A DNA stretch of 64,000 bases. Source: Eledone cirrhosa. Lineage: Eukaryota. The notes beneath the pieces are model-generated. The model was not told the DNA's origin. It ran no database searches and worked only from the letters and a program-made list of their open reading frames with translations. Of the stretch, positions 39,801 through 54,339 are shown one piece after another. The first letter of the stretch is position 1, and every line of letters begins with the position of its first letter. The stretch covers positions 117,001 to 181,000 of the forward strand of contig CAXHJY010001426.1 in assembly GCA_964016885.1 (NCBI GenBank), in the 5' to 3' direction. The position numbers were made by a program, and so were the translations under genes.

Positions 39801-40500
39801 ATCAGGGGGAGATAATTTGTAAAAAAAAATCAGGGGGAGATAATTTGTAAAAAAAAATCAGGGGGAGATAATTTGTAAAAAAAATCAAGGGGAGATAATT
39901 TCCAGCCGTCCAAGGGGAGGTAATATCTAGCCGTCCAAGGGGAGATAATTTCCAGCCGTCCAAGGGGAGATAATTTCCAGCCGTCCAAGGGTAGATAATA
40001 TCCAGCCGTCCAAGGACATATTTTCCAGCCGTCCAAGGAGAGGTAATTTCTAGCCGTCCAAGGGGAGATAAATTCCAGCCTCCAAGGGGAGATAATTTCC
40101 AGCCAGCCAAGGGGAGATAATTTGTAAAAAAATCAGGGGGAGATAATTTGTAAAAAAAATCAGGGGGAGATAATTTGTAAAAAAAAATCAGGGGGAGATA
40201 ATTTGTAAAAAAAATCAAGGGGAGATAATTTCCAGCCGTCCAAGGGGAGATAATTTTCAGCCGTCCAAGGGGAGATAATTTCCCGCCAGCCAAGGGAAGA
40301 TAATATTTAAAAAAATTAGGCGGAGATAATTTGTAAAAAAAATCAGGGGGAGATAATTTGTAAAAAAATCAGGGGGAGATAATTTGTAAAAAAATCAAGG
40401 GGAGATAATTTCCAGCCGTCCAAGGGGAGGTAATATCTAGCCGTCCAAGGGGAGATAATTTCCAGCCGTCCAAGGGGAGATAATTTCCAGCCGTCCAAGG
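30835..40500 (+). repeat. Tandem duplication, period 4,779 bp
   Basis: Offset 4,779 for ORFs 31116/35895, 31903/36682, 33123/37902, 34210/38989 and 35023/39802. Private variants CCAAGGCCAGG (30962/35741), CAGCCACCC and CAGCCGCCC in both copies. Confidence 0.95.
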
Positions 40501-43500
40501 GTAGATAATATCCAGCCGTCCAAGGAGACATATTTTCCAGCCGTCCAAGGAGAGGTAATTTCTAGCCGTCCAAGGGGAGATAAATTCCAGCCTCCAAGGG
40601 GAGATAATTTCCAGCCAGCCAAGGGGAGATAATTTGTAAAAAAATCAGGGGGAGATAATTTGTAAAAAAAATCAGGGTGAGATAATTTGTAAAAAAAAAT
40701 CAGGGGGAGATAATTTGTAAAAAAAAATCAGGGGGAGATAATTTGTAAAAAAAAATCAGGGGGAGATAATTTGTAAAAAAAATCAAGGGGAGATAATTTC
40801 CAGCCGTCCAAGGGGAGATAATTTTCAGCCGTCCAAGGGGAGATAATTTCCCGCCAGCCAAGGGAAGATAATATTTAAAAAAATCAGGCGGAGATAATTT
40901 GTAAAAAAAATCAGGGGGAGATAATTTGTAAAAAAATCAAGGGGAGATAATTTCCAGCCGTCCAAGGGGAGATAATTTTTTTAAAAATCAGGTGGAGATA
41001 ATTTGTAAAAAAAATCAGGGGGAGATAATTTGTAAAAACAAAATCAAGGGCAGATAATTTCCAGCCGTCCAAGGGGAGATAATTTCCAGCCGTCCAAGGG
41101 GAGATAATTTCCATCCTTCCAAGGGGATATAATTTCCAGCCGTCCAAGGGGAGATAATTTCCCGCCAGCCAAGGGAAGATAATTATTAAAAAAATCAGGC
41201 GGAGATTGTAAAAAAAATCAGGGGGGAGATAATTTGTAAAAAAATCAGGGGGAAATAATTTGTAAAAAAAAATCAGGGGGAGATAATTTGTAAAAAAAAT
41301 CAGGGGGAGATAATTTGTAAAAAAAAATCAGGGGGAGATAATTTGTAAAAAAATTAGGCGTAGATAATTTGTAAAAAAAAATCAGGGGGAGATAATTTGT
41401 AAAAAAATCAAGGGGAGATAATTTGCAGCCGTCCAAGGGGAGATAATTTTCAGCCGTCCAAGGAGAGGTAATTTCTAGCCGTCCAAGGGGAGATAATTTC
41501 CAGCCGTCCAAGGGGAGATAATTTCCAGCCGTTCAAGGGGAGATAATTTTTAAAAAAAAATCAGGCGGAGATAATTTGTAAAAAAAAATCAGGGGGAGAT
41601 AATTCGTAAAAAAAAATCAGGGGGAGATAATTTGTAAAAAAAAATCAGGGGGAGATAAATTGTAAAAAAAATCAAGGGGAGATAATTTCCAGCCGTCCAA
41701 GGGGAGGTAATATCTAGCCGTCCAAGGGGAGATAATTTCCAGCCGTCCAAGGGGAGATAATTTCCAGCCGTCCAAGGGTAGATAATATCCAGCCGTCCAA
41801 GGACATATTTTCCAGCCGTCCAAGGAGAGGTAATTTCTAGCCGTCCAAGGGGAGATAAATTCCAGCCTCCAAGGGGAGATAATTTCCAGCCAGCCAAGGG
41901 GAGATAATTTGTAAAAAAAATCAGGGGGAGATAATTTGTAAAAAAAATCAGGGGGAGATAATTTGTAAAAAAAAATCAGGGGGAGATAATTTGTAAAAAA
42001 AATCAAGGGGAGATAATTTCCAGCCGTCCAAGGGGAGATAATTTTCAGCCGTCCAAGGGGAGATAATTTCCCGCCAGCCAAGGGAAGATAATATTTAAAA
42101 AAATTAGGCGGAGATAATTTGTAAAAAAAATCAGGGGGAGATAATTTGTAAAAAAATCAGGGGGAGATAATTTGTAAAAAAATCAAGGGGAGATAATTTC
42201 CAGCCGTCCAAGGGGAGGTAATATCTAGCCGTCCAAGGGGAGATAATTTCCAGCCGTCCAAGGGGAGATAATTTCCAGCCGTCCAAGGGTAGATAATATC
42301 CAGCCGTCCAAGGAGACATATTTTCCAGCCGTCCAAGGAGAGGTAATTTCTAGCCGTCCAAGGGGAGATAAATTCCAGCCTCCAAGGGGAGATAATTTCC
42401 AGCTAGCCAAGGGGAGATAATTTGTAAAAAAATCAGGGGGAGATAATTTGTAAAAAAAATCAGGGTGAGATAATTTGTAAAAAAAAATCAGGGGGAGATA
42501 ATTTGTAAAAAAAAATCAGGGGGAGATAATTTGTAAAAAAAAATCAGGGGGAGATAATTTGTAAAAAAAATCAAGGGGAGATAATTTCCAGCCGTCCAAG
42601 GGGAGATAATTTTCAGCCGTCCAAGGGGAGATAATTTCCCGCCAGCCAAGGGAAGATAATATTTAAAAAAATCAGGCGGAGATAATTTGTAAAAAAAATC
42701 AGGGGGAGATAATTTGTAAAAAAATCAGGGGGAGATAATTTGTAAAAAAAATCAGGGGGAGATAATTTGTAAAAAAAATCAGGGGGAGATAATTTGTAAA
42801 AAAATCAAGGGGAGATAATTTCCAGCCGTCCAAGGGGAGATAATTTTTTTAAAAATCAGGTGGAGATAATTTGTAAAAAAAATCAGGGGGAGATAATTTG
42901 TAAAAACAAAATCAAGGGCAGATAATTTCCAGCTGTCCAAGGGGAGATAATTTCCAGCCGTCCAAGGGGAGATAATTTCCAGCCGTCCAAGGGGAGATAA
43001 TTTCCATCCTTCCAAGGGGATATAATTTCCAGCCGTCCAAGGGGAGATAATTTCCCGCCAGCCAAGGGAAGATAATTTTTAAAAAAATCAGGCGGAGATT
43101 GTAAAAAAAATCAGGGGGGAGATAATTTGTAAAAAAATCAGGGGGAAATAATTTGTAAAAAAAAATCAGGGGGAGATAATTTGTAAAAAAAATCAGGGGG
43201 AGATAATTTGTAAAAAAAAATCAGGGGGAGATAATTTGTAAAAAAAATTAGGCGTAGATAATTTGTAAAAAAAAATCAGGGGGAGATAATTTGTAAAAAA
43301 AATCAGGGGGAGATAATTTGTTAAAAAATCAAGGGGAGATAATTTGCAGCCGTCCAAGGGGAGATAATTTTCAGCCGTCCAAGGAGAGGTAATTTCTAGC
43401 CGTCCAAGGGGAGATAATTTCCAGCCGTCCAAGGGGAGATAATTTCCAGCCGTTCAAGGGAGATAATTTTTAAAAAAAAATCAGGCGGAGATAATTTGTA

Positions 43501-44184
43501 AAAAAAAATCAGGGGGAGATAATTCGTAAAAAAAAATCAGGGGGAGATAATTTGTAAAAAAAAATCAGGGGGAGATAAATTGTAAAAAAAATCAAGGGGA
43601 GATAATTTCCAGCCGTCCAAGGGGAGGTAATATCTAGCCGTCCAAGGGGAGATAATTTCCAGCCGTCCAAGGGGAGGTAATTTCTAGCCGTCCAAGGGGA
43701 GATAAATTCCAGCCTCCAAGGGGAGATCATTTCCAGCCAGCCAAGGGGAGATAATTTGTAAAAAAATCAGGGGGAGATAATTTGTAAAAAATATCAGGGG
43801 GAGATAATTTGTAAAAAATATCAGGGGGAGATAATTTGTAAAAAAAAATTAGGGGGAGATAATTTGTAAAAAAAATCAGGGGGAGATAATTTGTAAAAAA
43901 AATCAAGGGGAGATAATTTCCAGCCGTCCAAGGGGAGATAATTTTCAGCTGTCCAAGGAGAGGTAATTTCTAGTCGTCCGAGGAGAGATAATTTCCAGCC
44001 GTCCAAGGGGAGATAATTTCCAGCCGTCCAAGGGGAGATAATTTCCAGCCGTCCAAGGAGACATATTTTCCAGCAGTCCAAGGAGAGGTAATTTCTAACC
44101 GTCCAAGGGGAGATAAATTCCAGCCTCCAAGGGGAGATAATTTCCAGCCAGCCAAGGGGAGATAATTTGTAAAAAAAATCAGAG

Positions 44185-46280
44185 GGAGATAATTTGTAAA
44201 AAAAAATCAGGGGGAGATAATTTGTAAAAAATAATCAGGGGGAGATAATTTGTAAAAAAATCAAGGGGAGATAATTTCCAGCCGTCCAAGGGGAGATAAT
44301 TTTCAGCCGTCCAAGGGGAGATAATTTCCCGCCAGCCAAGGGAAGATAATATTTAAAAAAATTAGGCGGATATAATTTGTAAAAAAAATCGGGGGGAGAT
44401 AATTTGTAAAAAAATCAGGGGGAGATAATTTGTAAAAAAAATCAGGGGGAGATAATTTGTAAAAAAAAATCAGGCGGAGATAATTTGTAAAAAAAATCAA
44501 GGGGAGATAATTTCCAGCCGTCCAAGGGGAGGTAATATCTAGCCGTCCAAGGGGAGATAATTTCCAGCCGTCCAAGGGGAGATAATTTCCAGCCGTCCAA
44601 GGAGACATATTTTCCAGCCGTCCAAGGCGAGGTAATTTCTAGCCGTCCAAGCGGAGATAAATTCCAGCCTCCAAGGGGAGATAATTTCCAGCCAGCCAAG
44701 GGGAGATAATTTGTAAAAAAATCAGGGGGAGATAATTTGTAAAAAATATCAGGGGCAGATAATTTGTAAAAAAAATCAGGGGGAGATAATTTGTAAAATA
44801 AAATCAGGGGGAGATAATTTGTAAAAAAAAATCAGAGGGAGATAATTTGTAAAAAAAATCAAGGGGAGATAATTTCCAGCCGTCCAAGGGGAGATAATTT
44901 TCAGCTGTCCAAGGAGAGGTAATTTCTAGTCGTCCGAGGAGAGATAATTTCCAGCCGTCCAAGGGGAGATAATTTCCAGCCGTCGCAGGGGAGATAATTT
45001 CCAGCCGTCCAAGGAGACATATTTTCCAGCAGTCCAAGGAGAGGTAATTTCTAACCGTCCAAGGGGAGATAAATTCCAGCCTCCAAGGGGAGATAATTTC
45101 CAGCCAGCCAAGGGGAGATAATTTGTAAAAAAATCAGGGGGAGATAATTTGTAAAAAAAAATCAGGGGGAGATAATTTGTAAAAAATAATCAGGGGGAGA
45201 TAATTTGTAAAAAAATCAAGGGGAGATAATTTCCAGCCGTCCAAGGGGAGATAATTTTCAGCCGTCCAAGGGGAGATAATTTCCCGCCAGCCAAGGGAAG
45301 ATAATATTTAAAAAAATTAGGCGGATATAATTTGTAAAAAAAATCGGGGGGAGATAATTTGTAAAAAAATCAGGGGGAGATAATTTGTAAAAAAAATCAG
45401 GGGGAGATAATTTGTAAAAAAAAATCAGGCGGAGATAATTTGTAAAAAAAATCAAGGGGAGATAATTTCCAGCCGTCCAAGGGGAGGTAATATCTAGCCG
45501 TCCAAGGGGAGATAATTTCCAGCCGTCCAAGGGGAGATAATTTCCAGCCGTCCAAGGAGACATATTTTCCAGCCGTCCAAGGCGAGGTAATTTCTAGCCG
45601 TCCAAGCGGAGATAAATTCCAGCCTCCAAGGGGAGATAATTTCCAGCCAGCCAAGGGGAGATAATTTGTAAAAAAATCAGGGGGAGATAATTTGTAAAAA
45701 ATATCAGGGGCAGATAATTTGTAAAAAAAATCAGGGGGAGATAATTTGTAAAATAAAATCAGGGGGAGATAATTTGTAAAAAAAAATCAGAGGGAGATAA
45801 TTTGTAAAAAAAATCAAGGGGAGATAATTTCCAGCCGTCCAAGGGGAGATAATTTTCAGCTGTCCAAGGAGAGGTAATTTCTAGTCGTCCGAGGAGAGAT
45901 AATTTCCAGCCGTCCAAGGGGAGATAATTTCCAGCCGTCGCAGGGGAGATAATTTCCAGCCGTCCAAGGAGACATATTTTCCAGCAGTCCAAGGAGAGGT
46001 AATTTCTAACCGTCCAAGGGGAGATAAATTCCAGCCTCCAAGGGGAGATAATTTCCAGCCAGCCAAGGGGAGATAATTTGTAAAAAAATCAGGGGGAGAT
46101 AATTTGTAAAAAAAAATCAGGGGGAGATAATTTGTAAAAAATAATCAGGGGGAGATAATTTGTAAAAAAATCAAGGGGAGATAATTTCCAGCCGTCCAAG
46201 GGGAGATAATTTTCAGCCGTCCAAGGGGAGATAATTTCCCGCCAGCCAAGGGAAGATAATATTTAAAAAAATTAGGCGGA
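44185..46280 (+). repeat. Tandem duplication, period 955 bp
   Basis: Offset 955 for ORFs 44303/45258, 44804/45759 and 44926/45881. Shared variant AAGCGGAGATAAATT with the G at 44651 and 45606. Confidence 0.92.
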
Positions 46281-46579
46281 GATAATTTGTAAAAAAAATC
46301 GGGGGGAGATAATTTGTAAAAAAATCAGGGGGAGATAATTTGTAAAAAAAATCAGGGGGAAATAATTTGTAAAAAAAATCAGGGGGAGATAATTTGTAAA
46401 AAAAAATCAGGGGTAGATAATTTGTAAAAAAAAATCAGGGGGAGATAATTTGTAAAAAAAAATCAGGGAGAGATAATTTGTAAAAAAAATCAGGGGGAGA
46501 TAATTTGTAAAAAAAAATCAGGGGTAGATAATTTGTAAAAAAAAATCAGGGGGAGATAATTTGTAAAAAAAAATCAGGG

Positions 46580-49500
46580 GGAGATAATTTGTAAAAAAAA
46601 TCAAGGGGAGATAATTTCCAGCCGTCCAAGGGGAGGTAATATCTAGCCGTCCAAGGAGAGATAATTTCCAGCCGTCCAAGGGGAGATAATTTCCAGCCGT
46701 CCAAGGGTAGATAATATCCAGCCGTCCAAGGACATATTTTCCAGCCGTCCAAGGAGAGGTAATTTCTAGCCGTCCAAGGGGAGATAAATTCCAGCCTCCA
46801 AGGGGAGATAATTTCCAGCCAGCTAAGGGGAGATAATTTGTAAAAAAATCAAGGGGAGATAATTTGTAAAAAAAAATCAGGGGGAGATAATTTGTAAAAA
46901 AAAATCAGGGGGAGATAATTTGTAAAAAAAAATCAGGGGGAGATAATTTGTAAAAAAAAATCAGGGGGAGATAATTTGTAAAAAAAATCAAGGGGAGATA
47001 ATTTCCAGCCGTCCAAGGGGAGATAATTTTCAGCCGTCCAAGGGGAGATAATTTCCCGCCAGCCAAGAGAAGATAATATTTAAAAAAATCAGGCGGAGAT
47101 AATTTGTAAAAAAAATCAGGGGGAGATAATTTGTAAAAAAATCAGGGGGAGATAATTTGTAAAAAAAAAATCAGGGGGAGATAATTTGTAAAAAAAATCA
47201 AGGGGAGATAATTTCCAGCCGTCCAAGGGGAGGTAATATCTAGCCGTCCAAGGGGAGATAATTTCCAGCCGTCCAAGGGGAGATAATTTCCACCCGTCCA
47301 AGGGTAGATAATATCCAGCCGTCCAAGGAGAAATATTTTCCAGCCGTCCAAGGCGAGGTAATTTCTAGCCCTCCAAGGGGAGATAAATTCCAGCCTCCAA
47401 GGGGAGATAATTTCCAGCCAGCCAAGGGGAGATAATTTGTAAAAAAATCAGGGGGAGATAATTTGTAAAAAAAATCAGGGGCAGATAATTTGTAAAAAAA
47501 AATCAGGGGGAGATAATTTGTAAAAAAAAATCAGGGGGAGATAATTTGTAAAAAAAAATCAGGGGGAGATAATTTGTAAAAAAAATCAAGGGGAGATAAT
47601 TTCCAGCCGTCCAAGGGGAGATAATTTTCAGCCGTCCAAGGGGAGATAATTTCCCGCCAGCCAAGGGAAGATAATATAAAAAAAAATCAGGGGGAGATAA
47701 TTTGTAAAAACAAAATCAAGGGCAGATAATTTCCAGCTGTCCAAGGGGAGGTAATTTCCAGCCGTCCAAGGGGATATAATTTCCAGCCGTCCAAGGGGAG
47801 ATAATTTCCCGCCAGCCAAGGGAAGATAATTTTTAAAAAAATCAGGCGGAGATTGTAAAAAAAATCAGGGGGGAGATAATTTGTAAAAAAATAAGGGGGA
47901 AATAATTTGTAAAAAAAAATCAGGGGGAGATAATTTGTAAAAAAAATCAGGGGGAGATAATTTGTAAAAAAAAATCAGGGGGAGATAATTTGTAAAAAAA
48001 ATTAGGCGTAGATAATTTGTAAAAAAAAATCAGGGGGAGATAATTTGTAAAAAAAAATCAGGGGGAGATAATTTGTTAAAAAATCAAGGGGAGATAATTT
48101 GCAGCCGTCCAAGGGGAGATAATTTTCAGCCGTCCAAGGAGAGGTAATTTCTAGCCGTCCAAGGGGAGATAATTTCCAGCCGTCCAAGGGGAGATAATTT
48201 CCAGCCGTTCAAGGGGAGATAATTTTTAAAAAAAAATCAGGCGGAGATAATTTATAAAAAAAAATCAGGGGGAGATAATTCGTAAAAAAAAATCAGGGGG
48301 AGATAATTTGTAAAAAAAATCAGGGGGAGATAATTTGTAAAAAAATCAAGGGGAGATAATTTCCAGCCGTCCAAGGGGAGATAATTTTTTAAAAAATCAG
48401 GTGGAGATAATTTGTAAAAAAAATCAGGGGGAGATAATTTGTAAAAAAAAATCAGGGGGAGATAATTTGTAAAAAAAAATCAAGGGGAGATAATTTCCAG
48501 CCGTCCAAGGGGAGATAATTTTCAGCCGTCCAAGGGGAGATAATTTCCCGCCAGCCAAGGGAAGATAATATTTAAAAAAATTAGGCGGAGATAATTTGTA
48601 AAAAAAATCAGGGGGAGATAATTTGTAAAAAAATCAGGGGGAGATAATTTGTAAAAAAATCAAGGGGAGATAATTTCCAGCCGTCCAAGGGGAGGTAATA
48701 TCTAGCCGTCCAAGGGGAGATAATTTCCAGCCGTCCAAAGGGAGATAATTTCCAGCCGTCCAAGGGTAGATAATATCCAGCCGTCCAAGGACATATTTTC
48801 CAGCCGTCCAAGGAGAGGTAATTTCTAGCCGTCCAAGGGGAGCTAAATTCCAGCCTCCAAGGGGAGATAATTTCCAGCCAGCTAAGGGGAGATAATTTGT
48901 AAAAAAATCAAGGGGAGATAATTTGTAAAAAAAAATCAGGGGGAGATAATTTGTAAAAAAAAATCAGGGGGAGATAATTTGTAAAAAAAAATCAGGGGGA
49001 GATAATTTGTAAAAAAAAATCAGGGGGAGATAATTTGTAAAAAAAATCAAGGGGAGATAATTTCCAGCCGTCCAAGGGGAGATAATTTTCAGCCGTCCAA
49101 GGGGAGATAATTTCCCGCCAGCCAAGAGAAGATAATATTTAAAAAAATCAGGCGGAGATAATTTGTAAAAAAAATCAGGGGGAGATAATTTGTAAAAAAA
49201 TCAGGGGGAGATAATTTGTAAAAAAAAAATCAGGGGGAGATAATTTGTAAAAAAAATCAAGGGGAGATAATTTCCAGCCGTCCAAGGGGAGGTAATATCT
49301 AGCCGTCCAAGGGGAGATAATTTCCAGCCGTCCAAGGGGAGATAATTTCCACCCGTCCAAGGGTAGATAATATCCAGCCGTCCAAGGAGAAATATTTTCC
49401 AGCCGTCCAAGGCGAGGTAATTTCTAGCCGTCCAAGGGGAGATAAATTCCAGCCTCCAAGGGGAGATAATTTCCAGCCAGCCAAGGGGAGATAATTTGTA

Positions 49501-50900
49501 AAAAAATCAGGGGGAGATAATTTGTAAAAAAAATCAGGGGCAGATAATTTGTAAAAAAAAATCAGGGGGAGATAATTTGTAAAAAAAAATCAGGGGGAGA
49601 TAATTTGTAAAAAAAAATCAGGGGGAGATAATTTGTAAAAAAAATCAAGGGGAGATAATTTCCAGCCGTCCAAGGGGAGATAATTTTCAGCCGTCCAAGG
49701 GGAGATAATTTCCCGCCAGCCAAGGGAAGATAATATTTAAAAAAATCAGGCGGAGATAATTTATAAAAAAAATCAGGGGGAGATAATTTGTAAAAAAATC
49801 AGGGGGAGATAATTTGTAAAAAAAAAATCAGGGGGAGATAATTTGTAAAAAAAATCAGGGGGAGATAATTTGTAAAAAAATCAAGGGGAGATAATTTCCA
49901 GCCGTCCAAGGGGAGATAATTTTTTAAAAAATCAGGTGGAGATAATTTGTAAAAAAAATCAGGGGGAGATAATTTGTAAAAACAAAATCAAGGGCAGATA
50001 ATTTCCAGCTGTCCAAGGGGAGGTAATTTCCAGCCGTCCAAGGGGATATAATTTCCAGCCGTCCAAGGGGAGATAATTTCCCGCCAGCCAAGGGAAGATA
50101 ATTTTTTAAAAAATCAGGCGGAGATTGTAAAAAAAATCAGGGGGGAGATAATTTATAAAAAAATCAGGGGGAAATAATTTGTAAAAAAAAATCAGGGGGA
50201 GATAATTTGTAAAAAAAATCAGGGGGAGATAATTTGTAAAAAAAAATCAGGGGGAGATAATTTGTAAAAAAAATTAGGCGTAGATAATTTGTAAAAAAAA
50301 ATCAGGGGGAGATAATTTGTAAAAAAAAATCAGGGGGAGATAATTTGTTAAAAAATCAAGGGGAGATAATTTGCAGCCGTCCAAGGGGAGATAATTTTCA
50401 GCCGTCCAAGGAGAGGTAATTTCTAGCCGTCCAAGGGGAGATAATTTCCAGCCGTCCAAGGGGAGATAATTTCCAGCCGTTCAAGGGGAGATAATTTTTA
50501 AAAAAAAATCAGGCGGAGATAATTTATAAAAAAAAATCAGGGGGAGATAATTCGTAAAAAAAAATCAGGGGGAGATAATTTGTAAAAAAAATCAGGGGGA
50601 GATAATTTGTAAAAAAATCAAGGGGAGATAATTTCCAGCCGTCCAAGGGGAGATAATTTTTTAAAAAATCAGGTGGAGATAATTTGTAAAAAAAATCAGG
50701 GGGAGATAATTTGTAAAAAAAAATCAGGGGGAGATAATTTGTAAAAAAAAATCAAGGGGAGATAATTTCCAGCCGTCCAAGGGGAGATAATTTTCAGACG
50801 TCCAAGGGGAGATAATTTCCCGCCAGCCAAGGGAAGATAATATTTAAAAAAATTAGGCGGAGATAATTTGTAAAAAAAATCAGGGGGAGATAATTTGTAA
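46580..50900 (+). repeat. Tandem duplication, period ~2,059 bp rising to 2,272 bp (first copy lacks ~213 bp near 47677)
   Basis: ORF offsets 47116/49175 = 2,059 and 48002/50274 = 2,272. Unique junction GGAAGATAATATAAAAAAAAATC at ~47666-47688. Confidence 0.85.
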
Positions 50901-53900
50901 AAAAATCAGGGGGAGATAATTTCCAGCCGTCCAAGGGGAGGTAATATCTAGCCGTCCAAGGGGAGATAATTTCCAGCCGTCCAAGGGGAGATAATTTCCA
51001 GCCGTCCAAGGGTAGATAATATCCAGCCGTCCAAGGAGACATATTTTCCAGCCGTCCAAGGAGAGGTAATTTCTAGCCGTCCAAGGGGAGATAAATTCCA
51101 GCCTCCAAGGGGAGATAATTTCCAGCCAGCCAAGGGGAGATAATTTGTAAAAAAATCAGGGGGAGATAATTTGTAAAAAAAATCAGGGTGAGATAATTTG
51201 TAAAAAAAAATCAGGGGGAGATAATTTGTAAAAAAAAATCAGGGGGAGATAATTTGTAAAAAAAAATCAGGGGGAGATAATTTGTAAAAAAAATCAAGGG
51301 GAGATAATTTCCAGCCGTCCAAGGGGAGATAATTTTCAGCCGTCCAAGGGGAGATAATTTCCAGCCGTCCAAGAGAAGATAATTTTTTTAAAAATCAGGT
51401 GGAGATAATTTGTAAAAAAAATCAGGGGTAGATAATTTGTAAAAACAAAATCAAGGGCAGATAATTTCCAGCTGTCCAAGGGGAGATAATTTCCAGCCGT
51501 CCAAGGGGAGATAATTTCCAGCCGTCCAAGGGGAGATAATTTCCATCCTTCCAAGGGGATATAATTTCCAGCCGTCCAAGGGGAGATAATTTCCCGCCAG
51601 CCAAGGGAAGATAATTTTTTAAAAAATCAGGCGGAGATTGTAAAAAAAATCAGGGGGGAGATAATTTGTAAAAAAATCAGGGGGAAATAATTTGTAAAAA
51701 AAAATCAGGGGGAGATAATTTGTAAAAAAAATCAGGGGGAGATAATTTGTAAAAAAAATCAGGGGGAGATAATTAGTAAAAAAAATTAGGCGTAGATAAT
51801 TTGTAAAAAAAAATCAGGGGGAGATAATTTGTAAAAAAAAATCAGGGGGAGATAATTTGTTAAAAAATCAAGGGGAGATAATTTGCAGCCGTCCAAGGGG
51901 AGATAATTTTCAGCCGTCCAAGGAGAGGTAATTTCTAGCCGTCCAAGGGGAGATAATTTCCAGCCGTCCAAGGGGAGATAATTTCCAGCCGTTCAAGGGG
52001 AGATAATTTTTAAAAAAAAATCAGGCGGAGATAATTTGTAAAAAAAAATCAGGGTGAGATAATTCGTAAAAAAAAATCAGGGGGAGATAATTTGTAAAAA
52101 AAAATCAGGGGGAGATAAATTGTAAAAAAAATCAAGGGGAGATAATTTCCAGCCGTCCAAGGGGAGGTAATATCTAGCCGTCCAAGGGGAGATAATTTCC
52201 AGCCGTCCAAGGGGAGATAATTTCCAGCCGTCCAAGGGGAGATAATTTCCAGCCGTCCAAGAGACATATTTTCCAGCCGTCCAAGGCGAGGTAATTTCTA
52301 GCCGTCCAAGGGGAGATAAATTCCAGCCTCCAAGGGGAGATAATTTCCAGCCAGCCAAGGGGAGATAATTTGTAAAAAAATCAGGGGGAGATAATTTGTA
52401 AAAAATATCAGGGGGAGATAATTTGTAAAAAAAATCAGGGGGAGATAATTTGTAAAAAAAAATTAGGGGGAGATAATTTGTAAAAAAAATCAGGGGGAGA
52501 TAATTTGTAAAAAAAATCAAGGGGAGATAATTTCCAGCCGTCCAAGGGGAGATAATTTTCAGCTGTCCAAGGAGAGGTAATTTCTAGTCGTCCGAGGAGA
52601 GATAATTTCCAGCTGTCCAAGGGGAGATAATTTCCAGCCGTCCAAGGGGAGATAATTTCCAGCCGTCCAAGGAGACATATTTTCCAGCAGTCCAAGGAGA
52701 GGTAATTTCTAACCGTCCAAGGGGAGATAAATTCCAGCCTCCAAGGGGAGATAATTTCCAGCCAGCCAAGGGGAGATAATTTGTAAAAAAAATCAGAGGG
52801 AGATAATTTGTAAAAAAAAATCAGGGGGAGATAATTTGTAAAAAATAATCAGGGGGAGATAATTTGTAAAAAAATCAAGGGGAGATAATTTCCAGCCGTC
52901 CAAGGGGAGATAATTTTCAGCCGTCCAAGGGGAGATAATTTCCCGCCAGCCAAGGGAAGATAATATTTAAAAAAATTAGGCGGAGATAATTTGTAAAAAA
53001 AATCGGGGGGAGATAATTTGTAAAAAAATCAGGGGGAGATAATTTGTAAAAAAAATCAGGGGGAGATAATTTGTAAAAAAAATTAGGGGGAGATAATTTG
53101 TAAAAAAAAATCAGGGGTAGATAATTTGTAAAAAAAAATCAGGGGGAGATAATTTGTAAAAAAAAATCAGGGAGAGATAATTTGTAAAAAAAATCAGGGG
53201 GAGATAATTTGTAAAAAAAAATCAGGGGTAGATAATTTGTAAAAAAAAATCAGGGGGTGATAATTTGTAAAAAAAAATCAGGGGGAGATAATTTGTAAAA
53301 AAAATCAAGGGGAGATAATTTCCAGCCGTCCAAGGGGAGCTAATATCTAGCCGTCCAAGGGGAGATAATTTCCAGCCGTCCAAGGGGAGATAATTTCCAG
53401 CCGTCCAAGGGTAGATAATATCCAGCCGTCCAAGGACATATTTTCCAGCCGTCCAAGGAGAGGTAATTTCTAGCCGTCCAAGGGGAGATAAATTCCAGCC
53501 TCCAAGGGGAGATAATTTCCAGCCAGCTAAGGGGAGATAATTTGTAAAAAAATCAGGGGGAGATAATTTGTAAAAAAATCAGGGGGAGATAATTTGTAAA
53601 AAAAAATCAGGGGGAGATAATTTGTAAAAAAAAATCAGGGGGAGATAATTTGTAAAAAAAAATCAGGGGGAGATAATTTGTAAAAAAAATCAAGGGGAGA
53701 TAATTTCCAGCCGTCCAAGGGGAGATAATTTTCAGCCGTCCAAGGGGAGATAATTTCCCGCCAGCCAAGAGAAGATAATATTTAAAAAAATCAGGCGGAG
53801 ATAATTTGTAAAAAAAATCAGGGGGAGATAATTTGTAAAAAAATCAGGGGGAGATAATTTGTAAAAAAAAAATCAGGGGGAGATAATTTGTAAAAAAAAT

Positions 53901-54339
53901 CAGGGGGAGATAATTTGTAAAAAAATCAAGGGGAGATAATTTCCAGCCGTCCAAAGGGAGATAATTTTTTAAAAAATCAGGTGGAGATAATTTGTAAAAA
54001 AAATCAGGGGGAGATAATTTGTAAAAACAAAATCAAGGGCAGATAATTTCCAGCTGTCCAAGGGGAGGTAATTTCCAGCCGTCCAAGGGGATATAATTTC
54101 CAGCCGTCCAAGGGGAGATAATTTCCCGCCAGCCAAGGGAAGATAATTTTTTAAAAAATCAGGCGGAGATTGTAAAAAAAATCAGAGGGGAGATAATTTG
54201 TAAAAAAATCAGGGGGATAATTTGTAAAAAAAAATCAGGGGGAGATAATTTGTAAAAAAAATCAGGGGGAGATAATTTGTAAAAAAAAATCAGGGGGAGA
54301 TAATTTGTAAAAAAAATTAGGCGTAGATAATTTGTAAAA

